IMG/VR virus record: IMGVR_UViG_3300021426_000068
Span: 68,808-132,807 of that record
DNA length: 64,000 nt
DNA from: a virus
Lineage: Duplodnaviria > Caudoviricetes
Strand: one strand, 5' to 3'
The notes under the pieces were generated by a model. That model ran no database searches, was not told where the DNA came from, and was given only the letters and a program-made list of their open reading frames with translations. The position numbers were made by a program, and so were the translations under genes. Positions 21,668 through 30,570 of this stretch are shown one piece after another (position 1 is the first letter of the stretch; each line of letters opens with the position of its first letter).

Positions 21668-22606
21668 ATGAAAGACAGTTTAAATGAAATAAAGTCATTA
21701 ATGAAACGTATGGAAGAAACACCTAATGGTGGTAGTGGTTTTTTAATGGAATCAATTATAAATGAAGTTGCTTGTAAATGGAGAGAAGTTGTTGGAGAAG
21801 AATCATTTTATGATTTATTGAATGGGTTAAAACAAGGTAGTATGGTAACTTTCGGATATTTATCTACGGCAAAGATAGAAGTTCCAAAAGGTAAAAGATT
21901 AAATCCTGCGACTAACAGAATGAATCAATTTGATGATTATGAAACACTTGGTCATAATCTTGGTGAAGAAGGAAAACTTATGAATGTTATTAAGTTAAGT
22001 ATTTACAACTTGCCCTGGCAAACAGAAGAAGATATTAACACAAAATATAATAATTGGAAAACTAAGAGAGATGAACTTGGTAGTAAATATGGTGTTGAAT
22101 TTGGTAAAGCAAGATATGCAACACAAAATATGAATACAAATGAAAAAGGTGGTATATCATCATACAATGGTGAAAACCAAGAAAATTTAGGACATACATA
22201 CACTAATTTAAATATGAAAGGAATTAAACCAATATCAGTACAATATTATCTTGTTATGGATAATGGTGATGTAAAACCAGTAAGTACTGAAAAATTAACA
22301 TTACTTCCTTATAAACCAACAACATCTGCTGTTGATAAATTAAAAGCCGCTGGTGCAAGTGAAGAAGATGTAAAACCACTTTTAGATATGCAATATCAAA
22401 GATTTGAACATTCATATGTTTTATTCATTTCAGCAACACCAGATACAGGTATTCCTACACTTTTAATTAATAACAAACTTTCTAATAAACTTACAGGTGA
22501 AGGTGTTAATACTGAACAAATCATTAGAATTGCACAGGATAGATATGCAAAATTCACAAATCAAAATGTCAATTTTATTCAAGATGATAATGCAATTTTA
22601 AGATAA
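21668..22606 (+). CDS. Putative internal head protein
   Basis: Late motif at 21621-21631; N-terminus MKDSLNEIKSLMKRMEE...IINE. Confidence 0.6.
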   Translation: MKDSLNEIKSLMKRMEETPNGGSGFLMESIINEVACKWREVVGEESFYDLLNGLKQGSMVTFGYLSTAKIEVPKGKRLNPATNRMNQFDDYETLGHNLGEEGKLMNVIKLSIYNLPWQTEEDINTKYNNWKTKRDELGSKYGVEFGKARYATQNMNTNEKGGISSYNGENQENLGHTYTNLNMKGIKPISVQYYLVMDNGDVKPVSTEKLTLLPYKPTTSAVDKLKAAGASEEDVKPLLDMQYQRFEHSYVLFISATPDTGIPTLLINNKLSNKLTGEGVNTEQIIRIAQDRYAKFTNQNVNFIQDDNAILR

Positions 22607-22671
22607 TATTTATAAGAGACTTGAAAAAGTCTCTTTTTTTTTGTACTTTTGTAAAGAAAAATATTTTGAAA

Positions 22672-23061
22672 ATGGAAAAAACATATAAAGAATTAGTTAA
22701 AGAAAACGAAGAGCTTGAAAAAGAATTAGACAGTGTAGAAGATTCTTGTGCCAAAAAGGGGATGTCATGGGATGATATGCTTTTAGAAACAAAAGATTTA
22801 AGGATTAAAATAACACAAAATGATAGAAAAATAAGACAAATTCAAAACCCGACACTTCAGTTTGGTAAAAATTGGAATGGTGAATTAATGACACTTGAAA
22901 AGTTCATAGCATTAGTAAATAGTGGTGTTTTTACTGATAATGATGGGTTAGGTAGATATGCAACTGAAGTAGGTGTTTCAGATATTTATATTTATCCTTC
23001 TGATATTTTGGATAATGTTTATAGAAAAGATTTTTCACATGTTTTATGGCTTAATAAATAA
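22672..23061 (+). CDS. Hypothetical protein
   Basis: Likely start ATG 22672 after TACTTTTG box at 22644-22651. Confidence 0.7.
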   Translation: MEKTYKELVKENEELEKELDSVEDSCAKKGMSWDDMLLETKDLRIKITQNDRKIRQIQNPTLQFGKNWNGELMTLEKFIALVNSGVFTDNDGLGRYATEVGVSDIYIYPSDILDNVYRKDFSHVLWLNK

Positions 23062-23066
23062 AAATT

Positions 23067-23447
23067 ATGAATAAAGTAACAATTGCAGCAAATCAAATAT
23101 CACGTGTAGTTATACATCCTATGTGTAAATCAAGATATTGTAAATTACAATATGAAAAGGGAGAAGTTATGAGTAAAAAATTTGTTTTATTTCCATATCC
23201 GCACTTTATTAATAAAATTGCTGAAGAAGATTTATATTTTGATTCTACTGATATGTATGATAATTTATACACTGAAGAACAAGTTCGTAGTGATTATATC
23301 TTAATAGATAAAGTTGCTTATGTACATCCTTATATGGAAATATATTTTGTTGATGGGAAAAATATTTCCTATCGTTATGATAATGACGAATTAATGTATA
23401 AAGAATATAATAAACTTAAAGAAAAATTTAATTTAATAGAATTTTGA
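23067..23447 (+). CDS. Hypothetical protein
   Basis: 126-aa ORF in operon. Confidence 0.65.
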   Translation: MNKVTIAANQISRVVIHPMCKSRYCKLQYEKGEVMSKKFVLFPYPHFINKIAEEDLYFDSTDMYDNLYTEEQVRSDYILIDKVAYVHPYMEIYFVDGKNISYRYDNDELMYKEYNKLKEKFNLIEF

Positions 23448-23448
23448 T

Positions 23449-23856
23449 ATGATTACAATTAGTAAAGACTTTCAGGGTTGGCCTGTATATGCTAAAAACT
23501 TAAAAGAAATTTTATTAGAATTGGGTTTTGAAGAAAAAGATGGAAAAATGTCAATTTCATCTGATAATGAATTACTTCAGGCATATCCAAGATTATTAGA
23601 AGATGACGGAATGGCATATGGTGTTAATGAACAGTATATTACTGAAGTGGACTGTCAAGATATTTATGAAACAGAATTAAATTATCTTGATGGTGAAGCA
23701 AAAACAGAAAAATTAAATGACACAATTTCATATCCAAAAATAATAAAATATAAAGTTGGTAAAGAAAATATTAAAGTGTTTAATATATTTAGAGAAAACC
23801 CAACAAATGAAAAACTTGTTAATGTGCTTAATAAAGAACTTAATGATGAGAACTAA
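23449..23856 (+). CDS. Hypothetical protein
   Basis: 135-aa ORF in operon. Confidence 0.65.
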   Translation: MITISKDFQGWPVYAKNLKEILLELGFEEKDGKMSISSDNELLQAYPRLLEDDGMAYGVNEQYITEVDCQDIYETELNYLDGEAKTEKLNDTISYPKIIKYKVGKENIKVFNIFRENPTNEKLVNVLNKELNDEN

Positions 23857-24064
23857 AACTAAAGAACAAGTTACTAACTTTTATAAAGAATATATTGAGT
23901 TATGTAAAAAACATGGTCTATGTATTGAACCTGAAGTCGTTTACTCTCCCATTAATGTAGAACCAATATATAGTGATATTGAATTTAAAATGTATTGTGA
24001 TGACTTGAAAGAATGGTTTTTTTCAGAATTCCAAGAAGACGAAGAAGATGAAGATGAAAACTAA
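23843..24064 (+). CDS. Hypothetical protein
   Basis: Likely start ATG 23843/23846 overlapping upstream stop. Confidence 0.55.
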   Translation: MMRTKTKEQVTNFYKEYIELCKKHGLCIEPEVVYSPINVEPIYSDIEFKMYCDDLKEWFFSEFQEDEEDEDEN

Positions 24065-24075
24065 AAAGAGACTGA

Positions 24076-25077
24076 TTAACTTTCAGTCTCTTTTTTATTT
24101 CTATTTTCTTTTATTCTTATTTCATTTAATCTTCGTAAACAAGTATCTAAAGCATGTCTCCAATATCTGGTACAAAATTCATTATCATTATTAAAACGTA
24201 AAAGCTTAGTTGTATCTAATACACTATATGTTGAACGTTTAACCTTATCAAATGGCTTTAATCTCGGTTTTATAACATCATGATATGTTGCGAAATACTC
24301 AATTTCTTTTGCAATATCATACCAACTTGCAGTACCAAGATTTGCATAATTTATAATTGGTAAACTATATTTTTGAAAACCACCCCATTGTTCAGGATAA
24401 AATTCCATGTTTTTATTTTCTATTGTATAAACAATATATTCAGCTAAATCTTTTGCATATGTAGGTGAACCAATTTCCGTTAAAACAACTTCTGATTCTT
24501 CATTTTTTAAACATCGTTCCCAAATGGTTTTAACAAAATTTTTACCATATTCAGAATATAACCATGAAGTAATTATCACTACAAATTTTAACTTTTCAAT
24601 ATTAAATAATTCTTTTATTCCTTTAAGTTTACTATAACCATATTTATTTATATCATTACCATAATAACTATAAAAAAAATCATCAGTAAATTCCCAATGA
24701 TATTTGGTTTCTTGAATTGGTTTACCTGCTGTCGGATAAATATAATCAGTTCCAATATGGATAAGAAAAATATCATGCTCTTTACATAACAAACCTAAAT
24801 TTTTCACTGCTTCTATATTAACTAACTTAGCCTTTTCATATCCTTCTTCAGTTTCAGCACCTTTTACATCCGTATATGCAGCACAATTAATGATTGCTTT
24901 GATATCATTATGTTTAGAAAGATAATCTTTCATCATTTCATAATTGGTAATATCAAAGTTTTCTCTTGTTGTAAAAATATATTTCTTATTAATAACATAA
25001 AAACTATTAACAATATCTTTAATACATTGTCCTAATTGCCCATTAGAACCTGTTACTAAAATTTTATCTTTTTCCAT
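24076..25077 (-). CDS. rmlD: dTDP-4-dehydrorhamnose reductase
   Basis: ILVTGSNGQLG, INCAAYTDV, HIGTDY, YGYSK, GKNFV, GSPTYAKDLA; likely start ATG 25077. Confidence 0.9.
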   Translation of the reverse strand: MEKDKILVTGSNGQLGQCIKDIVNSFYVINKKYIFTTRENFDITNYEMMKDYLSKHNDIKAIINCAAYTDVKGAETEEGYEKAKLVNIEAVKNLGLLCKEHDIFLIHIGTDYIYPTAGKPIQETKYHWEFTDDFFYSYYGNDINKYGYSKLKGIKELFNIEKLKFVVIITSWLYSEYGKNFVKTIWERCLKNEESEVVLTEIGSPTYAKDLAEYIVYTIENKNMEFYPEQWGGFQKYSLPIINYANLGTASWYDIAKEIEYFATYHDVIKPRLKPFDKVKRSTYSVLDTTKLLRFNNDNEFCTRYWRHALDTCLRRLNEIRIKENRNKKETES

Positions 25078-25189
25078 AAATTGTTTTTTACAAATATATA
25101 AATAAATATCCACAAAAACAAGAAAAAACACTATTATTTACAAAACCATCAACATTAACATAACACATGTTGTTAATGTGGTTAATAAA

Positions 25190-25221
25190 AAAGAAACCAC
25201 TGAACATTCAGTGGTTTCTTT
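25190..25221 (-). terminator. Intrinsic terminator after major capsid gene
   Basis: AAAGAAACCACTGAA/TTCAGTGGTTTCTTT inverted repeat. Confidence 0.8.
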
Positions 25222-25247
25222 CTAAAATATTGATTATTAATCACTTA

Positions 25248-27155
25248 TTATCTAAGTTCATTAATATCCCAAGTCTGTAATCCATCAACGTTCACGGTGC
25301 CGTAAAATCTGTTATTAACACATTTCTTAGCATATCTTGTGAGGATACCCTTAACAGGAGCAAAGTTCATAGGATTGTAGATAGTTGGTGTTAATTGCAT
25401 AGGAATATATGGTGCGTAGATATAACCAGTATCAAGTAATGATTTACCTTTATGACCGATAATTATTGACCAGTGAGGTGAATAAGGGTCACGATATACT
25501 TGATAACGACCACCAAGTGAACCTACTCTTTCAATACCCATATTGTATTGGTCTGATTCAGCACTTGCATCTGATACATGGAAGTATTCAAGATTGTCAA
25601 ATACTGCTGAGATTTCAGAAGAAACTACGATAAAGTTTGCACCACCACGAAGAGTTGATTTATGGATTTGTGCAGAAATCTGGTTAACTTTAGTTACAAG
25701 TTCCTGATTCCAGTCTTTCTGAGTGTAGTTAGTTGAGAAACCTGCTTGTCTTCTCCAACCGTTAACATCCCAACGTGCATGCCAAGGAGCAAATTTACGA
25801 AGGTCTCTAAGGATTTCACGGTCAATTTCTGCTGCGATTTGTTCAGAAAGAAGTGCAGTAAGTTCTGCTTCAGCATCAATATTATGGAATGCAGATACGT
25901 CTTGTGCAAGTTCAGGAGACCAAGTTGCACGAAGTTTTCTTTCTTCAACTGATACAGTTACACTATCAAGTTTGAATGATACTTCACCAATTTCGGTTTC
26001 AAGTTCAAGGCTGTCATACTGACACCATGCTACTTTGAAGGCTTCCAAATCAAGTGCTTCTGGGTCAACACCAAGATATCCGTCCATTGACATACCCTGT
26101 GCTTTTGCAGGTTTTGTTAAGTCAAGGTCGATATAAATGCAACCTTCTGCATCACATGCACCAGCATATTCAACGATACCTTTACCATATTTTTGTGTAA
26201 CAAGACGGAAAGGAATTGATTCATTTGCTACGAAGCAAGTACTTGCAGAGTTACCAATAGTTGTATCAGCAACTACTTTAAGAGAAGCAAGGAATGCTTC
26301 AGTATCCATTTCATTACCATCAGGACCAGTAAGTTTACCAGCATTGTATGATGAGAAACCTTTTACCTTAAGGATAAGGTTACGGATTGTACCGTCTGAA
26401 TATTCAGGAATATCATCAATTGTTGCGTCTACAAGTTGACCACGTTTGAAAACAACAGGAGTTGCATCACCAACTTTGATGTGGATTTTACCTTTTGAAT
26501 TATCAAAAAGGAAGTCATTGTAGAAGAGGTCATAAAGTGTTTTACCCATGTAACGAGTTACTTCTGGACTAACCTGACGTACTCTTTCGCCTTCACGTTT
26601 TGCTGCATAAGCTTCATCGTAAGAAGTGAAACCACTACCTACAACTTCACCTGATTTAATGTCATAAATTTCGAAAGTTTGTTCATTAACAGTTTCATCT
26701 GGAAGATAGAATCTGTTATAAGTGCTACCGTCTCTACGGTCTACTCTTTCATAACCCATAAGGCCTTTGTGACGACCAGTTGCACCGTCTTCGATTTCTT
26801 CTGATGACCACTCTCTTTCGGAAGTGACAGGAAGAAGGAAGAAGAGTTTACCAATTGGAAGGTTCATAGCCTGTACAGATACGATATCATTAGCAAGGAG
26901 TTTACTGAAAACTCTACGAATGATAGGGAATACAACAGTTTCGAAAGAACCACTGTTATTAGAATCAGTTGCTTCATTAAGCATTGATTTTGCTTGGTTT
27001 TCGAAAAGAGTTGCAACATTTTCCTTAACAACACCAACAAGACCATCAGTCATACCGAGTGAAGACCATCTGTCGTTAATTTCTTTTCTAATTCTTCTCT
27101 GTTCATTAAGTTCAATTGTACCTACTTGACCAGATTTTAAAAAGTCTGTAACCAT
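25248..27155 (-). CDS. Major capsid protein (T4 gp23-like)
   Basis: PIIRRVF..LLANDIVSVQAMNLP, RKLRATWSPELAQD...H.IDAEAEL, EIDREI, GYIYAPYIP; probable propeptide cut at MLNE/AT. Confidence 0.97.
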   Translation of the reverse strand: MVTDFLKSGQVGTIELNEQRRIRKEINDRWSSLGMTDGLVGVVKENVATLFENQAKSMLNEATDSNNSGSFETVVFPIIRRVFSKLLANDIVSVQAMNLPIGKLFFLLPVTSEREWSSEEIEDGATGRHKGLMGYERVDRRDGSTYNRFYLPDETVNEQTFEIYDIKSGEVVGSGFTSYDEAYAAKREGERVRQVSPEVTRYMGKTLYDLFYNDFLFDNSKGKIHIKVGDATPVVFKRGQLVDATIDDIPEYSDGTIRNLILKVKGFSSYNAGKLTGPDGNEMDTEAFLASLKVVADTTIGNSASTCFVANESIPFRLVTQKYGKGIVEYAGACDAEGCIYIDLDLTKPAKAQGMSMDGYLGVDPEALDLEAFKVAWCQYDSLELETEIGEVSFKLDSVTVSVEERKLRATWSPELAQDVSAFHNIDAEAELTALLSEQIAAEIDREILRDLRKFAPWHARWDVNGWRRQAGFSTNYTQKDWNQELVTKVNQISAQIHKSTLRGGANFIVVSSEISAVFDNLEYFHVSDASAESDQYNMGIERVGSLGGRYQVYRDPYSPHWSIIIGHKGKSLLDTGYIYAPYIPMQLTPTIYNPMNFAPVKGILTRYAKKCVNNRFYGTVNVDGLQTWDINELR

Positions 27156-27207
27156 TTTTAAATATTTTAATTTTTATTTATTCTTTTATTTTGTTTTTTA
27201 ATTTTAA

Positions 27208-28848
27208 TTACATACCCATTCTTTTAATGAGGTCTAATGTTTCCATAAGTCCCTTAGATTTTTTAACTTCATTAAGTGCTTTATTTGGTTCTGCTGTCAT
27301 AGCAGATGCACTTTCAAGTGTAAGGTTCTTATTAGCATTTTTCTTAAGTTCTTTGTTAATAGATTCATAAAGTGCATTTGACTGTTCAATAGTTTTTGCT
27401 TCATTTGAGAATCTGTTAACAATTTCAACTCTTTCTTTTTGACTTACTGCATTTTCAGTAAAGAGTTTTGTAATTTTTGCAAGGTTTGTATTTACTATAT
27501 AAGATTCCCGAATGTTTTTACCAAGTTCTTTCGCACATTCTTTAAGTTGATTATTTTCTTTCTTATAAGCTTCATTAATCTTCTTAAGTCTTACAATTTC
27601 TTTCTTGTAATTTTCAACAATCTCATCGTAATTACCACCAGCTGAAACGTGACGTTTTACTTTTGGACCATGTTCTTTTCTGTTATCAGGGATATGAGAC
27701 TTGGAATTACTTCTCTGTTGTACTGCACCACCTATGTTAGTGCCTTCATCAACAACAGGTTCATTTACTGAACAAGTACCATCACCGCATTCATCAACGT
27801 CTTCATTGACTGTTTTTTCAAAAGGTTCACCTTTATCTTTTGAACTACCAGCCCAAGGTTTTTCAGTTCCTGTTGGCACACCTTTTTCCCAAGATTTGCC
27901 TGATTTTGAAGGTTCTGAATTGGTAAGTCCCTTAATAGGGTCTTTAGTTTGATAATTATCTGTATAACCAAGGTCCACTTCAAATACTAATTGTTTGTTT
28001 TCTTTCATAGTTTTTCTACTTTTTTTATTTTCAAATCTTGGTTCGTTTAAGCCTTCATCGTAATCGTCAAAACCTGCTGGTTCTGAATCTTCAAAATCTT
28101 CAAGGTCTTTTTTAGAAGGTTTGAACTTAGGTGCTTTTCTGATATATTCATCTTCAAATGAAGTGTCAATATCTAAATCGTCATCATCATCATCAAATAT
28201 TCCTTCTTTGATTACGCCTTCAGCCATTTCCTCACTACTACCTTCCATTGCTGAATCATCTGTAGAATCTTCACTGTTAAGGTCGATAACATATTCGGCT
28301 CCAGTATTACCATCTTTTAATTGTACAGTATTACCATCTTGTTTAACAACAACCTGGTCAGAATCCTGCATTAATTTGTAAACTTTAACAATTTGGTTGT
28401 AATCTTCCTCGCCTGTGAGGTCATATGTATTTTCATCACCTGTTTGATATTGTGAATAATTAGACCAATCATCTGTGCTATCACCTTCACCCTCAATTGG
28501 TGCTTCCTGAGCGTTAACATCCTGAGCCTGTTCATCACCTGTCTGTGACATGTCATCTACTGGTTGTTCCTGTGACATTTCGTCATCGTTTACATCCTCT
28601 GATACGTCACCAGATTTTTCTGAATCAGTGTCTTTATCATTCTCTTTATCATCAGTGCTCTTTTCAACTACTTCATAATCGTCTTTTTCTTCTTCATCAT
28701 CATTCTCAATTGATTCACGAAGAACGTCTTTTACAACATCACCAAGCAATGTTTTCAAAGTATTTTTACTTTCTTCTTTTAATGCATTCTTAATTGAATT
28801 CATTTCAAGAATTGCTTCAGATGCAATATTTTTATCTTTTTTGCTCAT
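27208..28848 (-). CDS. Prohead scaffold/core protein
   Basis: Highly acidic with C-terminal coiled coil; immediately upstream of MCP; many (I/L/V)xE sites. Confidence 0.7.
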   Translation of the reverse strand: MSKKDKNIASEAILEMNSIKNALKEESKNTLKTLLGDVVKDVLRESIENDDEEEKDDYEVVEKSTDDKENDKDTDSEKSGDVSEDVNDDEMSQEQPVDDMSQTGDEQAQDVNAQEAPIEGEGDSTDDWSNYSQYQTGDENTYDLTGEEDYNQIVKVYKLMQDSDQVVVKQDGNTVQLKDGNTGAEYVIDLNSEDSTDDSAMEGSSEEMAEGVIKEGIFDDDDDDLDIDTSFEDEYIRKAPKFKPSKKDLEDFEDSEPAGFDDYDEGLNEPRFENKKSRKTMKENKQLVFEVDLGYTDNYQTKDPIKGLTNSEPSKSGKSWEKGVPTGTEKPWAGSSKDKGEPFEKTVNEDVDECGDGTCSVNEPVVDEGTNIGGAVQQRSNSKSHIPDNRKEHGPKVKRHVSAGGNYDEIVENYKKEIVRLKKINEAYKKENNQLKECAKELGKNIRESYIVNTNLAKITKLFTENAVSQKERVEIVNRFSNEAKTIEQSNALYESINKELKKNANKNLTLESASAMTAEPNKALNEVKKSKGLMETLDLIKRMGM

Positions 28849-28966
28849 TTTATAGTTAAATTAGCATTAAAATCTTATTATTTTTTAATATAAATATTAT
28901 TAAAAAGTGAAAAAATCGTTTTAATCACTTTATTTTTAATAATATTATAAGTTTTTTTAAGAAATT

Positions 28967-29776
28967 TTAATTTTTCCAACCTTGTTTTTTGTATTTATCT
29001 TGTTTTATCTTTATAACTACTCTTCCAATTTTTCTAATAAACTGATTAATTTTTTGATTAACTTTATTAATAGTTAAATTATATTTTTTTAATTCATTTA
29101 TAAATTCAATATTATCAAAATATTGATTATATATATTTATCATATCTTCATATAACTTCCATGCTGAAGAATTTTTTAAAGAAGTCATTGAAAAAAATTC
29201 TGGTAAAGACATTAAATAAGCATATAAACCATTAACAAAACCATCTTGCTCTGACTTTATACATCCATATACTAATCTTGCAGTTTTGTTTACAAGTTCA
29301 TTTTCTGAACACATATTTGTTTTTATTTTGGCATATGTTATTGAATCAGAAAACGGTTTTTTCATTATAACTTGTTGATAAATATGTTCTAATTCATGTT
29401 GTATGCTATCAAATGTTTCATTTTTAACAATAGTTCCTGAAATACATGGAACAATAATTCCCATAAAACATGTTTTTTTTCCTAAATAAACACTCCAAGC
29501 ATCAGAACTTACGTTTGAATAATCATAATATTCCCTGTTATAATAATTATAAAATTCAAGTGAACAAGATATGTTTACATCTAATAATGAAAATCTAACA
29601 GTACACTTCTTTATTGAATAATTATCAAAATCTTCACTTTCATTACAATTTAATAAAGCATTTTCAATAATAGAAAATAATTCATTTGTTTTTTCAATAA
29701 CAAAATTAGAAATACCTAATTCTTCATTAATTAATTTATTAAATTGTTCTTCTGTTAATGTTAACCTTTTTGGCAT
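28967..29776 (-). CDS. Tagged zincin-like metallopeptidase
   Basis: IQHELEHIYQ (HExxH) plus downstream E; start MPKRLTLTEEQFNKLINEE. Confidence 0.6.
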   Translation of the reverse strand: MPKRLTLTEEQFNKLINEELGISNFVIEKTNELFSIIENALLNCNESEDFDNYSIKKCTVRFSLLDVNISCSLEFYNYYNREYYDYSNVSSDAWSVYLGKKTCFMGIIVPCISGTIVKNETFDSIQHELEHIYQQVIMKKPFSDSITYAKIKTNMCSENELVNKTARLVYGCIKSEQDGFVNGLYAYLMSLPEFFSMTSLKNSSAWKLYEDMINIYNQYFDNIEFINELKKYNLTINKVNQKINQFIRKIGRVVIKIKQDKYKKQGWKN

Positions 29777-29921
29777 AATTATTCATTTAACCAATTATTA
29801 AATTTATTTTTTTTGCCATTCTGTTATATAAATTGTAAAAAATCAGTAAAACACAAAGAGTCACTGATATTTTTCATAAATCTATCAGTAGGGTTCAGTA
29901 TGAAAATGTGAAAATGGTTGG

Positions 29922-30176
29922 TTAATAGTTCCAATTATCAAATTCATCGTTTCGTTGTGCTTGTTCAAGCATTGCCTGCATTGAAATAACCATACTATGA
30001 ATCTCTGACTGAAGGTAATTAGGAACTTTTTGTTCCAACTCATATAGACGGTGCATTTCTTCTTTTATAAGTTGTAGGTAGTTGCCTTCATAGTCTTCTT
30101 TCAACACTTTCTTTACACTCTCAGCAACAATTTGTCTGAGTTGTTGTTCATTTAGTTTAACTACGTTCTTTTTCAT
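29922..30176 (-). CDS. Small tagged putative internal head protein
   Basis: MKKNVVKLNEQQLRQIVAESVKKVLKE. Confidence 0.7.
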   Translation of the reverse strand: MKKNVVKLNEQQLRQIVAESVKKVLKEDYEGNYLQLIKEEMHRLYELEQKVPNYLQSEIHSMVISMQAMLEQAQRNDEFDNWNY

Positions 30177-30569
30177 ATTTTTACCTGTTTAATTTGTTTA
30201 TTATAAGGACATGAAGATGGTGGCTTAACCATTTTTACCTTTTTTGAATCCATATTGAAATCCTTTTGCATCTGCTTGTGCCATATCACCACCATATAGT
30301 GCTTTATTCGCATTTTGATAGCCTTGTTTTTGGCCAGATACCATAGCATCATCTGCATTATCAAAAACTTGTCGTTGCTTCTGGTATTCCGCATTATTTC
30401 CTGCTTGTCTTGCCGCTTGTTTTCTTGCCATAGCTCTCCCTTGAACAGCAGCCAATGCATATCTTCCTTGTGGTGTATCACCAATTTCTTTTAACACTTT
30501 CTTTACACTCTCAGCAACAATTTGTCTGAGTTGTTGTTCATTTAATTTTACTATATTCTTTTTCATATT
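30103..30569. repeat. About 77-bp near-identical direct repeat encoding the N-terminal tag (30103-30179 / 30493-30569)
   Basis: 52-bp identical core AACACTTTCTTTACACTCTCAGCAACAATTTGTCTGAGTTGTTGTTCATTTA, 390 bp apart. Confidence 0.9.
30225..30566 (-). CDS. Small tagged putative internal head protein
   Basis: MKKNIVKLNEQQLRQIVAESVKKVLKEIGDT; likely start ATG 30566. Confidence 0.7.
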   Translation of the reverse strand: MKKNIVKLNEQQLRQIVAESVKKVLKEIGDTPQGRYALAAVQGRAMARKQAARQAGNNAEYQKQRQVFDNADDAMVSGQKQGYQNANKALYGGDMAQADAKGFQYGFKKGKNG

Positions 30570-30570
30570 C

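Noticed and set aside
30103-30569. Repeat pair as a CRISPR array or att sites
   Set aside because: Two copies only, in frame and coding for the N-terminal tag.
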